DNA of 64,000 nt from an uncultured Chloroflexia bacterium (GCA_963810095.1 CAWEMM010000001.1:96001-160000), one strand, 5' to 3'. Counted from the stretch's first letter, positions 33,389 to 43,931 are shown. Notes: a model not told the origin generated them from the sequence alone. A program made the numbers and translations.

Positions 33389-33700
33389 GTGACCAAGTTC
33401 GTCAAGGTCGGGCGGGCCGACGACATCGGCCCCGGCGAAAAGCAGATCTACGAGGTCGACGGCATCATGGTCGTCGTCGTCAACCTGGACGGCGAGTACT
33501 TCTGCGTCGAGGATGTGTGTACGCACGATGGCGGCCCGCTCGGCGAAGGCAGGCTGGAGGACGACGAGCTGGTTTGCCCCCGGCACGGCGCGCGCTTCGA
33601 CGTGCGCACGGGCGACGCGCTGACTCTACCTGCGTTTGAGCCGGTTGCAACTTACGAGGTCAAAGTGGTTGACGGCGACTTGTTGGTAGAGTCCTATTGA
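33389..33700 (+). CDS. Rieske [2Fe-2S] ferredoxin
   Basis: CTH and CPRHG ligand motifs. Confidence 0.92.
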   Translation: MTKFVKVGRADDIGPGEKQIYEVDGIMVVVVNLDGEYFCVEDVCTHDGGPLGEGRLEDDELVCPRHGARFDVRTGDALTLPAFEPVATYEVKVVDGDLLVESY

Positions 33701-33713
33701 ACGGAGAAGAGAA

Positions 33714-34028
33714 ATGACGCAAGCAACTGAAGAAGGCGTGCGCGACGCGATTCGCAAGAACGTCTTTGACCCTGAGATCGGGCTGAACGTGGTAGACCTG
33801 GGCCTGATCTACGATGTGAAGGTGCCCGACGGCAAAACCGCCGATGTGAAAATGACGCTGACGTCGCCCGGCTGCCCCGTCGGCCCGCAGATCATCTCGG
33901 CGGTGCAGACGTACGTCCACCAGGCGTACCCCGACCTGGACGCTATCAACGTCCACGTGGTGTGGAGCCCGCTCTGGAACCCGGACATGATGACGCAAGA
34001 GGCGAAGGACCAACTGGGGTTCTTCTAG
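33714..34028 (+). CDS. sufT: SufT/DUF59 Fe-S maturation factor
   Basis: DPEIGLNVVDLGLIY and MTLTSPGCP motifs. Confidence 0.9.
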   Translation: MTQATEEGVRDAIRKNVFDPEIGLNVVDLGLIYDVKVPDGKTADVKMTLTSPGCPVGPQIISAVQTYVHQAYPDLDAINVHVVWSPLWNPDMMTQEAKDQLGFF

Positions 34029-34098
34029 GGGGCTGATGTGTGGGTGACGGCCTGCCATAGGGCAATCCGTGACCCACGCATGCCCGTGAGGCAGTGAC

Positions 34099-34941
34099 GT
34101 GGCGCGACTGTACCTCGGTACGCAGGGCTGGAGCTACCCTTCCTGGGTTGGGCCGTTCTACCCGGCCGGAACGCCGGCGGGGCGCTTCCTCGAGCATTAC
34201 GCGGCCCGGTTCAACACTGTCGAGCTCGACACCACCTTCTATGCCATACCACGGGAGAGCACGGTTACGGGTTGGCGTCAGAAGACGCCGCCTGGCTTCC
34301 GGTTCGCGGCGAAGTTTCCCCAAGTAATCACGCACGAGAAGGCGCTGAAGGACGCCGGGCCAGAGACCAATGCCTTCGTAGAAACCATGGCACGGCTGGA
34401 CGACAAGCTAGGCGTGCTGCTGCTGCAGATGCCGCCCCAGTGGACTGCGTCGGCGATGGCCGAGCTGGAGCGATTCCTGCCCCAACTCCCGCCCGGGCAG
34501 CGCTATGCGCTCGAGGTGCGCCACAAGTCCTGGCTGACCAAGGAGATGTTCCCAAACCTGACGGAGTTATTGCAAGCGCACGGCGTGGCGCTGTGCCTGG
34601 TGCAGCACGCCTGGATGCCGGCGCTGGAGACGACGACCGCACCTTTCGTGTACGTTCGCTGGCTGGGCCGGCGAGAGGACGTGCCGGACGACGATTTCAG
34701 CCACGTGCGGATCAATCGGGACGTTCAGTTGGATCGCTGGGCCGCGCAGGTGAGCGCCTACCTGCAGCAGGGCCTCGAAGTGTACGGTTACTTCAACAAC
34801 CACTACCAGGGTCACTCGCCGGCGAGTGTCGGCGCCATGCAACTTCGCCTGGCCGCATTGAGCGGCGACGAGGTCCCCGGAACCGAACCCCCGGCCTCCT
34901 CAACCGACAACCCAAGCCTCTTCGATTTGCAGGATTCGTAA
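34099..34941 (+). CDS. DUF72 domain protein
   Basis: GTQGWSY..W...FYP, VELDTTFY, LLQMPP, EVRH and YFNN motifs. Confidence 0.9.
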   Translation: MARLYLGTQGWSYPSWVGPFYPAGTPAGRFLEHYAARFNTVELDTTFYAIPRESTVTGWRQKTPPGFRFAAKFPQVITHEKALKDAGPETNAFVETMARLDDKLGVLLLQMPPQWTASAMAELERFLPQLPPGQRYALEVRHKSWLTKEMFPNLTELLQAHGVALCLVQHAWMPALETTTAPFVYVRWLGRREDVPDDDFSHVRINRDVQLDRWAAQVSAYLQQGLEVYGYFNNHYQGHSPASVGAMQLRLAALSGDEVPGTEPPASSTDNPSLFDLQDS

Positions 34942-35804
34942 CGAACGCCCGCTTGCCGTAACCGGCCGGCTTCGGTCGCCACTCTACCGGTTGTTGGCCG
35001 GAGGGGCTGCTCCACGGCGTACAGCCTCGTGCGATAGCGACTGGGCAGGCTGGGGACGTGCCGCACGATGTGGAAGCGCAACTGCTGCGTGGCGTGGTAG
35101 GTGTAGGCGCGCATTACCGGCTTGTCCGTGGCGTCATAGATCGTCTCCACCATGTTCAGCACCGCTGCGCCGGCGGGCAGCTGCATCCGGGCCGCGAGTT
35201 CTTCGTCCGCGTTCACTGCGTGCAGCTCCGAGTCGGCGTAGCGGATGGTGGGGCGCTCTTGCGCCAGGCAATACTCGAGCACCGACAGTCCCGACGCCTC
35301 GAACTCCTCGGCATCGACGACCAACGGGGGAATGCGATAGTCATAGTACCCCGTGCACCAGCCGTCAATCCTTAGCACGGTCTGAACGCGGAGAAGCAGA
35401 TCGCCGCCTGTCAGGCCGAACAGTACCTGCAGGTCGGGCGCGGGTGCGACCCGGCTGACGTCACGCTCCAGCATCTCGAGTTGTGAGCCGGCCTGCCCCG
35501 CGAGGATGCGGAGCGGAATCAGCTGATGGAGGCCGAAGGTGAACCGGGCCGCCTCGGGATTGGTGACGAATGTACCCACGCCATGCCGCCGTACGACCAG
35601 CCCGTCCTTCTCCAGCATGCCCATCGCCTCGCGCAAGGTCGAACGCGACACGCGAAGCTGCCGGGCAAGCTCGTCCTCGCCCGGCAGCACGGCTCCCGGC
35701 TCATACTGATTCTCGGCGATGAACGCAACCAGCGCGTCGGCGGCCTGGCTGTAGAGCGGCTGATGCGGCGCCACAAACACCTGGCTGCCCTTGCTCACGT
35801 GCAT
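34812..35804 (-). CDS. GntR/HutC (UTRA) transcriptional regulator (3' end uncertain)
   Basis: LPGEDELARQLRVSRSTLREA..RRHGVGTFV HTH followed by a UTRA-like domain. Confidence 0.87.
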   Translation of the reverse strand: MHVSKGSQVFVAPHQPLYSQAADALVAFIAENQYEPGAVLPGEDELARQLRVSRSTLREAMGMLEKDGLVVRRHGVGTFVTNPEAARFTFGLHQLIPLRILAGQAGSQLEMLERDVSRVAPAPDLQVLFGLTGGDLLLRVQTVLRIDGWCTGYYDYRIPPLVVDAEEFEASGLSVLEYCLAQERPTIRYADSELHAVNADEELAARMQLPAGAAVLNMVETIYDATDKPVMRAYTYHATQQLRFHIVRHVPSLPSRYRTRLYAVEQPLRPTTGRVATEAGRLRQAGVRYESCKSKRLGLSVEEAGGSVPGTSSPLNAARRSCMAPTLAGE

Positions 35805-35826
35805 CGCGGACCTCTCAGGGGGACTC

Positions 35827-36774
35827 CTACTTCTCCTCGCGGCTGAAGGCCAAGCCCGAGGCCGCAGGCCACGCGGCCTTACCCACGAAGAAGATGACAA
35901 TGATCAGCGTGGCGAAATAGGGCAGTGCGACGAGGAACTGGTATGGGATCGCCTTAATGCCGAGCGCCTGGAGGCGCAGTTGGAAGGCATCGGCGGTGCC
36001 AAACAGCAGGCTGCCGAGCAGCGTACCCACGGGCGTCCACTTTCCGAACACGATGGCCGTGTACGCGATGTAACCGCGGCCGCCGGTCATGCCCTCCATG
36101 AACTGCCCCATCTGACCGAGCGAGAGGAACGCGCCGGCCAGCCCGGACAGCATGCCGGTGACGACCAGTGTTGCAAACCGCACCTTGTAGACGCTGATGC
36201 CGACCGTGTCGGCCGCATGCGGGTGCTCGCCCACCGACCGGATCTTCAAGCCCCACGTCGTTTTGAAGAGGACAAACCAGATCAGCGGCACGAGCAGGTA
36301 AGCAAGGTACACAAGCGGTATCTGGCGGAAGAAGATTGGCCCAACGATGGGGATTTGCGAGAGCAGCGGAACCTCGAACGGCTGCAGCTTAGGCACGCGC
36401 ACGGGGTCGGCGGCCAGGCCGAAGAACATAGTGTTGAGGTAACTGGTGAGCCCGACAACCATCAGGTTCAGCGCGACCGCGGAGACAATCTGATTCGCAC
36501 GCAGCGGGATGATCATGACGCCATAAAGCATGGCAATGAGCACGCCGGCAAGCATTGCGGCGGCAAACCCGATCACGATGCTCTTCGTGGCGAAGCCCGC
36601 GGCCACGCCCGCGAAGCAGCCCAGGAGCATCATGCCCTCCATGCCGAACGTCACGATGCCGGCCCGCTCTGCAACCAAGCCACCCATGGCCGCCATCAAC
36701 ACCGGTGTCGCGACCCGGATTGCCGCAGCCCAGAACTCAGGCGAGAAAATGATCGATAACAGATCCTGAAGCAC
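35827..36774 (-). CDS. Nucleoside-type ABC transporter permease 2
   Basis: ERAGIV..GMEGMML, GEHPHAADTVGI and GRGYIA motifs. Confidence 0.92.
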   Translation of the reverse strand: MLQDLLSIIFSPEFWAAAIRVATPVLMAAMGGLVAERAGIVTFGMEGMMLLGCFAGVAAGFATKSIVIGFAAAMLAGVLIAMLYGVMIIPLRANQIVSAVALNLMVVGLTSYLNTMFFGLAADPVRVPKLQPFEVPLLSQIPIVGPIFFRQIPLVYLAYLLVPLIWFVLFKTTWGLKIRSVGEHPHAADTVGISVYKVRFATLVVTGMLSGLAGAFLSLGQMGQFMEGMTGGRGYIAYTAIVFGKWTPVGTLLGSLLFGTADAFQLRLQALGIKAIPYQFLVALPYFATLIIVIFFVGKAAWPAASGLAFSREEK

Positions 36775-36939
36775 AGAACACCACCTCTCCGAACCGTTCG
36801 CGCCGCAACGAGGTGCGCCGCAGCGGGTGCGAACTAATCAACGGTTGAAGCTGCGCCGAGGATAACGGGCGCAACAGTGGATGGGGGCACGGACGACGTG
36901 CTCCCGTCCGTCCCATCCGTCGCTGTTACCGGCTGCCGC

Positions 36940-38076
36940 TTACGCGGGCTTCCGCCGGCCGGCGCGCCCGCCAATCTTCACCGCCGTGCCGCCGATCGCG
37001 AACAGGATCGCGAGGGCCTGCAGGATGTAGATCAACGAGATCGGGACGCCGACCGTGATCTGCATCGTGTTCGAGCCCGCACGCAGGCCGCCGAAGAACA
37101 GCGCGCTGAGCAGCGCACCGACCGGGTGCAACTGCCCGACGAGTGCGACGGGGATGCCATCGAAGCCGACGTTAATCAGGAATGCATCGATGATCCGGTT
37201 CTGGTTCCCCAGGATCTCGATCCCACCCGCCAGCCCGGCCAGTGCGCCCGACACGAGCATGGTCGTCAGCATGGTGCGCGAAACCCGGATGCCGGCGTAC
37301 TTCGCCGCCCGAGGGTTCGAGCCGACGGTTCGAAGCGCAAAACCGAATGTTGTGCGCCACAAGATGATGTAGACGAGGATCGCAGCGACGATGGCAATGA
37401 TCGCGCCGAGGTTCAGCCGCATTTGCTCCCACAGCACGGGCAGCTGCGCGCTCTTGAAGATGATCGCGGACTTGGCGAACGGCTGGGTGCCGTCCTTCAG
37501 CCCCAGGTACTTCCAGATCTGCCACGTGGCGCCGGTGAACGTATCCTGCCGCACCGACCACGCCAGCACCTGCACCGCGATGTAGTTCATCATCAGGGTC
37601 GTGATGACTTCGTTGAAGCCTCGGAACGCCTTAAGCGCACCCGGCAGCAAGGACCACAGCGACCCCGCCGCCATCGCGGCCAGGATACAAAGCGTCACGT
37701 GCAGCCAGACCGGCGCGCCCTGCAGGCGGACGCCGACCGCGGTCGCAGCCATGCCGCCCAGAATCAACTGCCCTTCGGCGCCGATGTTGAACACCCCGCC
37801 CCGGTACCCGAACACCACGGCCAGGCCCGTCAGTAGCAGCGGCGTGGCCTTGCGGATGGTCGTGCCGATGCTGTCCAGGCCGCCGAACGCGCCCCTGAAG
37901 AGCGCCCCATACGCTTCGATCGGGTTCACGCCCTTCGCAATAATCACGAGTGAGCCGACCAGGAAAGCCAACAGGACCGCGCCGAGTGGGATGAGGATCT
38001 TCAGTGAGGACTCGAGCGTGTCGCGCCAATTGTATGTGGATTCGTGCGGCTTGACCGCGCTGTCTTGGTTTACCAT
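36940..38076 (-). CDS. Nucleoside-type ABC transporter permease 1
   Basis: FNIGAEGQ, NEVITTLMMNYIA and GFDGI motifs. Confidence 0.92.
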   Translation of the reverse strand: MVNQDSAVKPHESTYNWRDTLESSLKILIPLGAVLLAFLVGSLVIIAKGVNPIEAYGALFRGAFGGLDSIGTTIRKATPLLLTGLAVVFGYRGGVFNIGAEGQLILGGMAATAVGVRLQGAPVWLHVTLCILAAMAAGSLWSLLPGALKAFRGFNEVITTLMMNYIAVQVLAWSVRQDTFTGATWQIWKYLGLKDGTQPFAKSAIIFKSAQLPVLWEQMRLNLGAIIAIVAAILVYIILWRTTFGFALRTVGSNPRAAKYAGIRVSRTMLTTMLVSGALAGLAGGIEILGNQNRIIDAFLINVGFDGIPVALVGQLHPVGALLSALFFGGLRAGSNTMQITVGVPISLIYILQALAILFAIGGTAVKIGGRAGRRKPA

Positions 38077-38083
38077 CGCTCCC

Positions 38084-39656
38084 TCACTTGGCGCCTTCCA
38101 GCGCAGCCGGGCCTGCGACCAGGGCAGCGGCTGCTTCCGGCGTGCCGCTCCTGACGCCCGCCATCATCAAGCCAATCTGCTCGACATCGACGTCGGACCC
38201 CGACACAATACCCATGATCTCGCCCTCGTACATGACCGCAATCCGGTCGGACAAGCCGAAGATTTCCTCGAGTTCGGTCGAGATCAGCAGGATCGCACAG
38301 CCGCGGCTGCGCAGCTCGAGCATCCGCTGGTGCACGTACTCCGTGGCGCCGACGTCAAGCCCGCGCGTCGGCTGCACGGCCACGAACAGCTTCGGGTCGC
38401 GGCTCATTTCGCGCGCCAGGACCACCTTTTGCTGGTTCCCGCCCGATAGCTTCTTGGCCGCCAACTTCGCGCTCGGCGTGCGGACGTCGAAGGACTTCAG
38501 CAGCTCCTGGGCCTGATTTGCAATGTATCTGAGGTCCAGAAAGCCCCGCTTGGAGAACGGCGGGCGGTAATACGTCCCGATAATCAAGTTCTCCGTCAGG
38601 GAAAAATCCATCACCAGGCCGGTTCGCTGCCGGTCCTCGGGGATGTGCGCCACTTGCATTTCGAAAAGGTCGCGCGGGCTGGGCATTCGTGGCATCGACC
38701 CCGTCCACTTTGAACGTGCCGCCGGTGGCCTTGCGCAGCCCGGTAATGACCTCGGCAAGCTGGCTCTGCCCGTTGCCGTCCACGCCCGCGACGCCCAGGA
38801 TCTCGCCCGCGCACACGTCAAAACTGACGCCCTTGAGTGCGGGCAGCTCCCGATTATTGAGCGCGTGCAGGTCGTTCACCTGCAAAATCGGCCGGCCCGC
38901 ATCAAGGGGGGGCTTGTCCAGCCGCTCCACGACGTCGCGGCCCACCATCATGCGCGCGAGCTGCCGGCGGCTGGTGTCGGCCGTCCGCACGGTGTCGATG
39001 ACCATGCCGTCGCGCAGGATGGTGACCCGGTCGGTTGCGGCCATGACCTCTTCAAGCTTGTGCGTGATGAAAATGATGGACAGCCCTTTGGCCGTCATGC
39101 TGCGCAGAACGTCGAACAGGTCCTTGACCTCGCCCGGCGTCAGCACGGCGGTAGGCTCGTCCAGAATCAGCAGCTCGGCCCGGCGATAGAGCGCCTTGAT
39201 GATTTCTACCCGCTGCTGGACGCCGACGGGAAGCTGCCAGACATACGCCTTGGGATCGATGGGCAGGCCGTAGGTCTCGCCCAGTTCCAGGATTTTCGCC
39301 TCTGCGTTGGCCGCGTCGATGAGCGGCGCGCGCGGCTGCTCGAGCCCGAGCACCACGTTCTCCGTGACGGTGAAGGGCGGCACCAGCATAAAGTGCTGAT
39401 GCACCATGCCGATCCCCAGGGCGATGGCATCCCGGCTGGAGTGGATATCCACTTCCTGCCCCTTCCAGACGATCTTCCCACCGTCGGGACGGTAGATGCC
39501 ATAGAGCACGTTCATCAGGGTCGTCTTGCCCGCGCCATTCTCGCCCAGCAGCGCGTGGATCTCCCCGCGCTCGATCTCCAGGTTCACCTGGTCGTTGGCG
39601 ACGACGCCCGGAAACGTTTTGCGGATATTCTCCATCCGGAGCAAGGGATCAGCCAT
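38084..39656 (-). CDS. Double-domain ABC ATPase (frameshift ~38680)
   Basis: GENGAGKTT, GMVHQHF and DEPTAVL. IPEDR, LSGGNQQK and QPTRGLD lie in the second frame. Confidence 0.9.
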
Positions 39657-39679
39657 GGTGTTCTCCCGCTTTTGATTTC

Positions 39680-39722
39680 TTCTCGTGTGCTGCTGCCCGC
39701 AGTGGGCAGCAGCACGCGAGAA
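39680..39722. other. Intercistronic hairpin after the BMP gene (probable mRNA stabiliser)
   Basis: TTCTCGTGTGCTGCTGCCC-GCAGT-GGGCAGCAGCACGCGAGAA. Confidence 0.6.
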
Positions 39723-39734
39723 GGTTTCCAGCGT

Positions 39735-40895
39735 CTAGAGGTCCGTGCGGACTTCGAGGGTTGGCAGCGACGTGGGATCCGCCAGGTACTTCTGGAGGGT
39801 CTCAGTCACCTTCTTCTCGACCTCGGCCGGAACCAGACCGTAGAACGGCTCCAGGCCTACCGAGTTTTCCTTGAGGCCGATGGCGAAGTGGCCGCCCGGC
39901 TGGCCCGCGGCGATCTTCTGGACGACGTACTCCATGTTGCGGACGATGTCTTCCTTCCAGCCGCCGATGACGATCTCGGGCGCCAGGTAGTTCTTATCCT
40001 TGACCCAGGAGATCACGCGAAGGTTCTTGTTGCCCTTCTCGTACGCTTCCTTGGCCGCTTCGACGGTGCCCAGGTCGCCCGCGTCCGCCTCGAGGATCAG
40101 CACGTCCACGCCGCTCTCGATGTCAGCCGCGGCCAGTTCCTTGGCCTTCGCGGGATCGGCCCAGCTGCCGACGTAGGATTCGATCACTTCGACCTTGTCC
40201 TGGCCCATGTCCTTGCAGGCCTGGCGCGTCATCTTGATGTGATGGTCGAGGAGCGGGAACTGCGTGCCGGCGACGTACGCGACCTTGCCCGTCTTGGTGA
40301 TGGAGCAAGCGATCATGCCGACGAAGTAGCCACCCTCACCCGCGGAGTTGGTGACGGTGTAGAGGTTGGGGACATTCGCGGCGCCGCCGTTTGTCTGCAT
40401 GAACTTGGTGTTCGGGAATTCCTTCGCAACCTTCTCGATCGCTTCGGCCCACTCGAAACCATGGCCGAAGACGATATCGAAGCCGGCCTTAGCGTAATCG
40501 CGGAAGACCTGCTCCGCATCCGCGGCGGTGACGTTCTCGGTGTAGGCAATGTCCATGCCGTACTTGTCGCGCAGGTAGACCAGGCCCTTGTAGGCCGAGG
40601 TGGTCCAGCCGGCGTCATTCACGGGGCCGGAGAAAACGGCCGCGATCTTCTTGCCCTTCATGGCAGCCATGACGTCGGGCGCGGGCGTGGCCTCGACAAC
40701 CTTCTCCACGACCTGGGTCTCGACGACCTTGACTTCCTTCTGGACTTCGACGACCTGGGTCTGGATGACCGGGACCTCTTCCTTGACGACCTGCGTCACG
40801 ACTTTCTCGACGACCTGAGGCGCGGGCGCCGCACAGGCGCTCAGCATCAAGAGAACGACGGCCAACAGGCCGAACACGGTGTAGCGAGCCTTCAT
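39735..40895 (-). CDS. BMP family ABC substrate-binding lipoprotein
   Basis: Lipobox LSAC, V/E/K-rich linker, GPVNDAGW, GHGFEW and YVGSWADPAKAKE motifs. Confidence 0.92.
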   Translation of the reverse strand: MKARYTVFGLLAVVLLMLSACAAPAPQVVEKVVTQVVKEEVPVIQTQVVEVQKEVKVVETQVVEKVVEATPAPDVMAAMKGKKIAAVFSGPVNDAGWTTSAYKGLVYLRDKYGMDIAYTENVTAADAEQVFRDYAKAGFDIVFGHGFEWAEAIEKVAKEFPNTKFMQTNGGAANVPNLYTVTNSAGEGGYFVGMIACSITKTGKVAYVAGTQFPLLDHHIKMTRQACKDMGQDKVEVIESYVGSWADPAKAKELAAADIESGVDVLILEADAGDLGTVEAAKEAYEKGNKNLRVISWVKDKNYLAPEIVIGGWKEDIVRNMEYVVQKIAAGQPGGHFAIGLKENSVGLEPFYGLVPAEVEKKVTETLQKYLADPTSLPTLEVRTDL

Positions 40896-41066
40896 TTGCT
40901 TCTCCTCTGTGTGTGGATAGATCGTAGACTGTGACTTAACTGGCGGATGGTGTGCGAACGGAGAGGGTGCGCGATCGATAGTCACCTCCCTTCGAAGAGA
41001 ACGGTGGACTTAGGAGATTCGCCCGTCCTGCCGGGCCTGTTGGTCAGAAGCAATAGAACGATTGCT

Positions 41067-41095
41067 AGAATACCCCCTTGATTGCTGCTTGTCAA
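41067..41095 (-). promoter_or_regulatory. Sigma70 promoter of the BMP-ABC-GntR operon
   Basis: TTGACA-N17-TATTCT on the minus strand. Confidence 0.75.
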
Positions 41096-41141
41096 GTAGC
41101 AGTGTACAAAAGAACGAAATGTTCCACGCTGCGGCTTCGAC

Positions 41142-43931
41142 TTAGGCAGGCTCCGCGGCCGGCATCTCGGCCAGCGCGGCCAGAATCTTGGCCCGGGTCG
41201 CGGGCAGGGCAGTGATCCGGACGCCGATCGCATCGTAGATGGCGTTGGTGATGGCCGGCGCGACGTTGACCGTAGGTGCTTCCGAAAAGCCCTTTGCGCC
41301 GTACGGTCCGTCCGAGCACGGGATTTCCAGCACGACGGACACGACTTCGGGCGCCTGGTCCGCGGTCGGAATGCGGCACTTGTAGAGCGAATCGGTTAGG
41401 TTGATGCCATTCTGGACGACAAAATCTTCCGAGAGTGCATAGCCCATCATCATGGCCACCGCGCCGTGAATCTGCCCCTCGATGGCCTTCGGGTTCAGCG
41501 CCTTGCCGACGTCGTACACGGCAATGTGCTTGAGAAGCCGAACGTCGCCCGTGCGTGTGTCAACCTCCACGATCGACACTGCCGTGCCAAAATCGTAGAG
41601 CCAGTTCGTCCGCCGCGACTCGAAATCCGGCGCGCCCCACCGGCTTTCGATATACAGGGGCTGAGGGTCGGTACTGGGCGTGTGGTAGCGAGCTTCGACG
41701 GCAAACCGCTCGCCCAGTGCGGAGAGGGGCAGCGCTCGCCCGGTGCTTCTGTCGATCAGCCGCTCGTCGACCAGCCGGATGTCGTCCGGATCGGACCCCA
41801 ACGCATCGGCCGCCCGGTAGCAGAGTTGCTCACGGAGGTCGCGCGCGGCGCTGATGACTGCGTTGCCCATGATGAACGTCTGGCGGCTGCCCCCGGTGGG
41901 TCCGGCGCCGGGGCTGAGCTTCGTGTCGGGCAGGATAACTTCGATGCGATCGAGCGGCAGATCGAGCTCCTGCTGTACCAGCCCGGCCAGCACCGGGTTC
42001 GCCCCTTGCCCCATGTCGCAATACCCGGTCAGAACCTTGACGTAGCCCTGCGCGTTCATCTCGACGATGGCGCCTGCGCTCTCCGGGACATTCTTGCCGA
42101 CGCCGACGGTCTTCTGCATGCAGGCGACGCCCACGCCGATCCGCTTGCCCTCGCGCGGCTCCGGCACCACCGTCCGGCGAAGTTCCTCCTGCGCGGCACG
42201 GATCGTCTCTTTGATGGTGACGATGCCGGGCTCCTGGACGTGATCGACGACGTTGGGCAGGCCCACGTCCAGCGCGTTGAGGTAGCGGAACTCGAGGGGG
42301 TCCATGTGCAGCTGGCGCGCCAGTTCGTCGAGCGCCGACTCGACCGCGAACGCAATCTTCGGCGCGCCGAAGCCGCGCATCGCACCGCCGATGACGTTGT
42401 TCGTGTACCAGACCTGCGCATGCAGGTCGAGGTTGGGGATAAAATAGGGGCCGGTGTTGGTGACGCAGCCCGACACAAGCACCGCCGCGCTGGAGGATGC
42501 GTACGCGCCGCCATCCAGTTGCACCTCGTCCTGCAGCGCGAGGATGCGGCCCGCCGCGTCGGCCCCGACCTTCAGGTGAATCCAGGACGCATGGCGCTTG
42601 CTGTGAACGATCAGCGACTCCTGCCGCGTCAGCGTGATCTTGACCGTGCGGCCCGTCCTCAGCGCGCCGAGCGCCAGAAAACGCTCGATCGCCACGTCCG
42701 TTTTGCCGCCGAAAGCGCCGCCCGCGGGAAGCTGCACCACCCGCACCTTTTCAACGGGCAGGTCAAGGATCGCGGCCAGTTCGCGGCGGGCATCCCAGGC
42801 CGCCTGGCACGCGATCCTGACCGTGATGCCGCCGTCTGGGTCTGGAATCCCCAGGCCCGATTCCGGCTCGATGAAGGCATGCTCGACGAAGGGCGTCGTG
42901 TAGTCGCGCTCGACGACGGCGGCGCAGGCAGCGAAGGCCTGCTCCACGTCTCCGCGCTTGACCTTCATCTCCTTGAGGAGGTTGCCGCCGGCGTGCACCT
43001 TGGGCGCGCTCGGAGCCGCGGCCTCGGCCGGCGAGTAGACGCCGGGCAGCACCCGGTACTCGACCCGGACCAGGTCGCGGGCATGTTCGGCGGCTTGCAG
43101 CGTCTCCGCAAAGACGACGGCGATCGCATCGCCAATATAACGCACGCGGTCGGTGGCGAACACCGGCTGATCGGCCACCACCAGGCCGAACACGTTGCGG
43201 CCCGGAACGTCGCGGGCCGTCAGGATGGTCACGACTCCGGGCACAAGCTCCGCATCCGACGTGTCGATGCTCAGGATTTCGGCACTCGGATGGTCTGCCC
43301 ACCGAATCTTGCCGTGGAGGAACTCGGCCGAGTAAATGTCGTCGGCGTATTGCGTCCGACCCGTCACCGCCTTCACTGCGTCCCGGCGAAGCACCGTGGC
43401 GTTGGCCGTCTCTGCGCCCGCAGGCATCGCAGTGCCGGCGCGCACGTACGGCGCGGCGTCCCGGATGGCCTTAAGGATGTTGATATATCCGGTGCAGCGG
43501 CACAGGTTGCGATTGGTGGTGAGGGTCTTGCGAATTTCCTGTTCCGTGGGATCCGGCTTGCCGGCGAGGAGGGCTTGCGCGGACATGATCATCCCGGGCG
43601 TGCAGAAGCCGCATTGCACGGCGTTGTTGGCGATGAAGGACTCCTGGAGCGGGTGGAGGTTGTCGTCTTGGCCCAATCCCTCAATCGTCAGCACACTCGC
43701 GCCGGCCAGTTTGCCCATCTTGAGCAGGCAGGCACGCTGAGCCTTGCCGTTGACGATGACCGTGCAGGCGCCGCAATGCCCCTCGGAACAGCCGTCTTTG
43801 GTTCCCATGAGGTGGAGGTAATCGCGGAGGAAACGCAGCAGCGTCAGCGCGGCGGGCACAGCAGCCGAAACGGCCGTACCGTTCACGAACAGATCGACCA
43901 TCTGCAGGACGGGTTGCGGTTCGTCGGGCAT
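41142..43931 (-). CDS. Xanthine dehydrogenase-family molybdo-oxidoreductase with fused [2Fe-2S] domain
   Basis: GCSEGHCGAC, QCGFCTPG, NLCRCTGY, GGAFGGK, AMRGFG and AKGFSE motifs. GGAGG precedes 43931. Confidence 0.92.
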   Translation of the reverse strand: MPDEPQPVLQMVDLFVNGTAVSAAVPAALTLLRFLRDYLHLMGTKDGCSEGHCGACTVIVNGKAQRACLLKMGKLAGASVLTIEGLGQDDNLHPLQESFIANNAVQCGFCTPGMIMSAQALLAGKPDPTEQEIRKTLTTNRNLCRCTGYINILKAIRDAAPYVRAGTAMPAGAETANATVLRRDAVKAVTGRTQYADDIYSAEFLHGKIRWADHPSAEILSIDTSDAELVPGVVTILTARDVPGRNVFGLVVADQPVFATDRVRYIGDAIAVVFAETLQAAEHARDLVRVEYRVLPGVYSPAEAAAPSAPKVHAGGNLLKEMKVKRGDVEQAFAACAAVVERDYTTPFVEHAFIEPESGLGIPDPDGGITVRIACQAAWDARRELAAILDLPVEKVRVVQLPAGGAFGGKTDVAIERFLALGALRTGRTVKITLTRQESLIVHSKRHASWIHLKVGADAAGRILALQDEVQLDGGAYASSSAAVLVSGCVTNTGPYFIPNLDLHAQVWYTNNVIGGAMRGFGAPKIAFAVESALDELARQLHMDPLEFRYLNALDVGLPNVVDHVQEPGIVTIKETIRAAQEELRRTVVPEPREGKRIGVGVACMQKTVGVGKNVPESAGAIVEMNAQGYVKVLTGYCDMGQGANPVLAGLVQQELDLPLDRIEVILPDTKLSPGAGPTGGSRQTFIMGNAVISAARDLREQLCYRAADALGSDPDDIRLVDERLIDRSTGRALPLSALGERFAVEARYHTPSTDPQPLYIESRWGAPDFESRRTNWLYDFGTAVSIVEVDTRTGDVRLLKHIAVYDVGKALNPKAIEGQIHGAVAMMMGYALSEDFVVQNGINLTDSLYKCRIPTADQAPEVVSVVLEIPCSDGPYGAKGFSEAPTVNVAPAITNAIYDAIGVRITALPATRAKILAALAEMPAAEPA

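Noticed and set aside
34812-34960. Functional 130-bp convergent overlap of GntR and DUF72
   Set aside because: Both tails are low-complexity and a lost stop from an indel is plausible. This cannot be resolved from the sequence alone.
41142-43931. Selenocysteine recoding in the molybdo-enzyme
   Set aside because: The ORF is continuous with no in-frame TGA.
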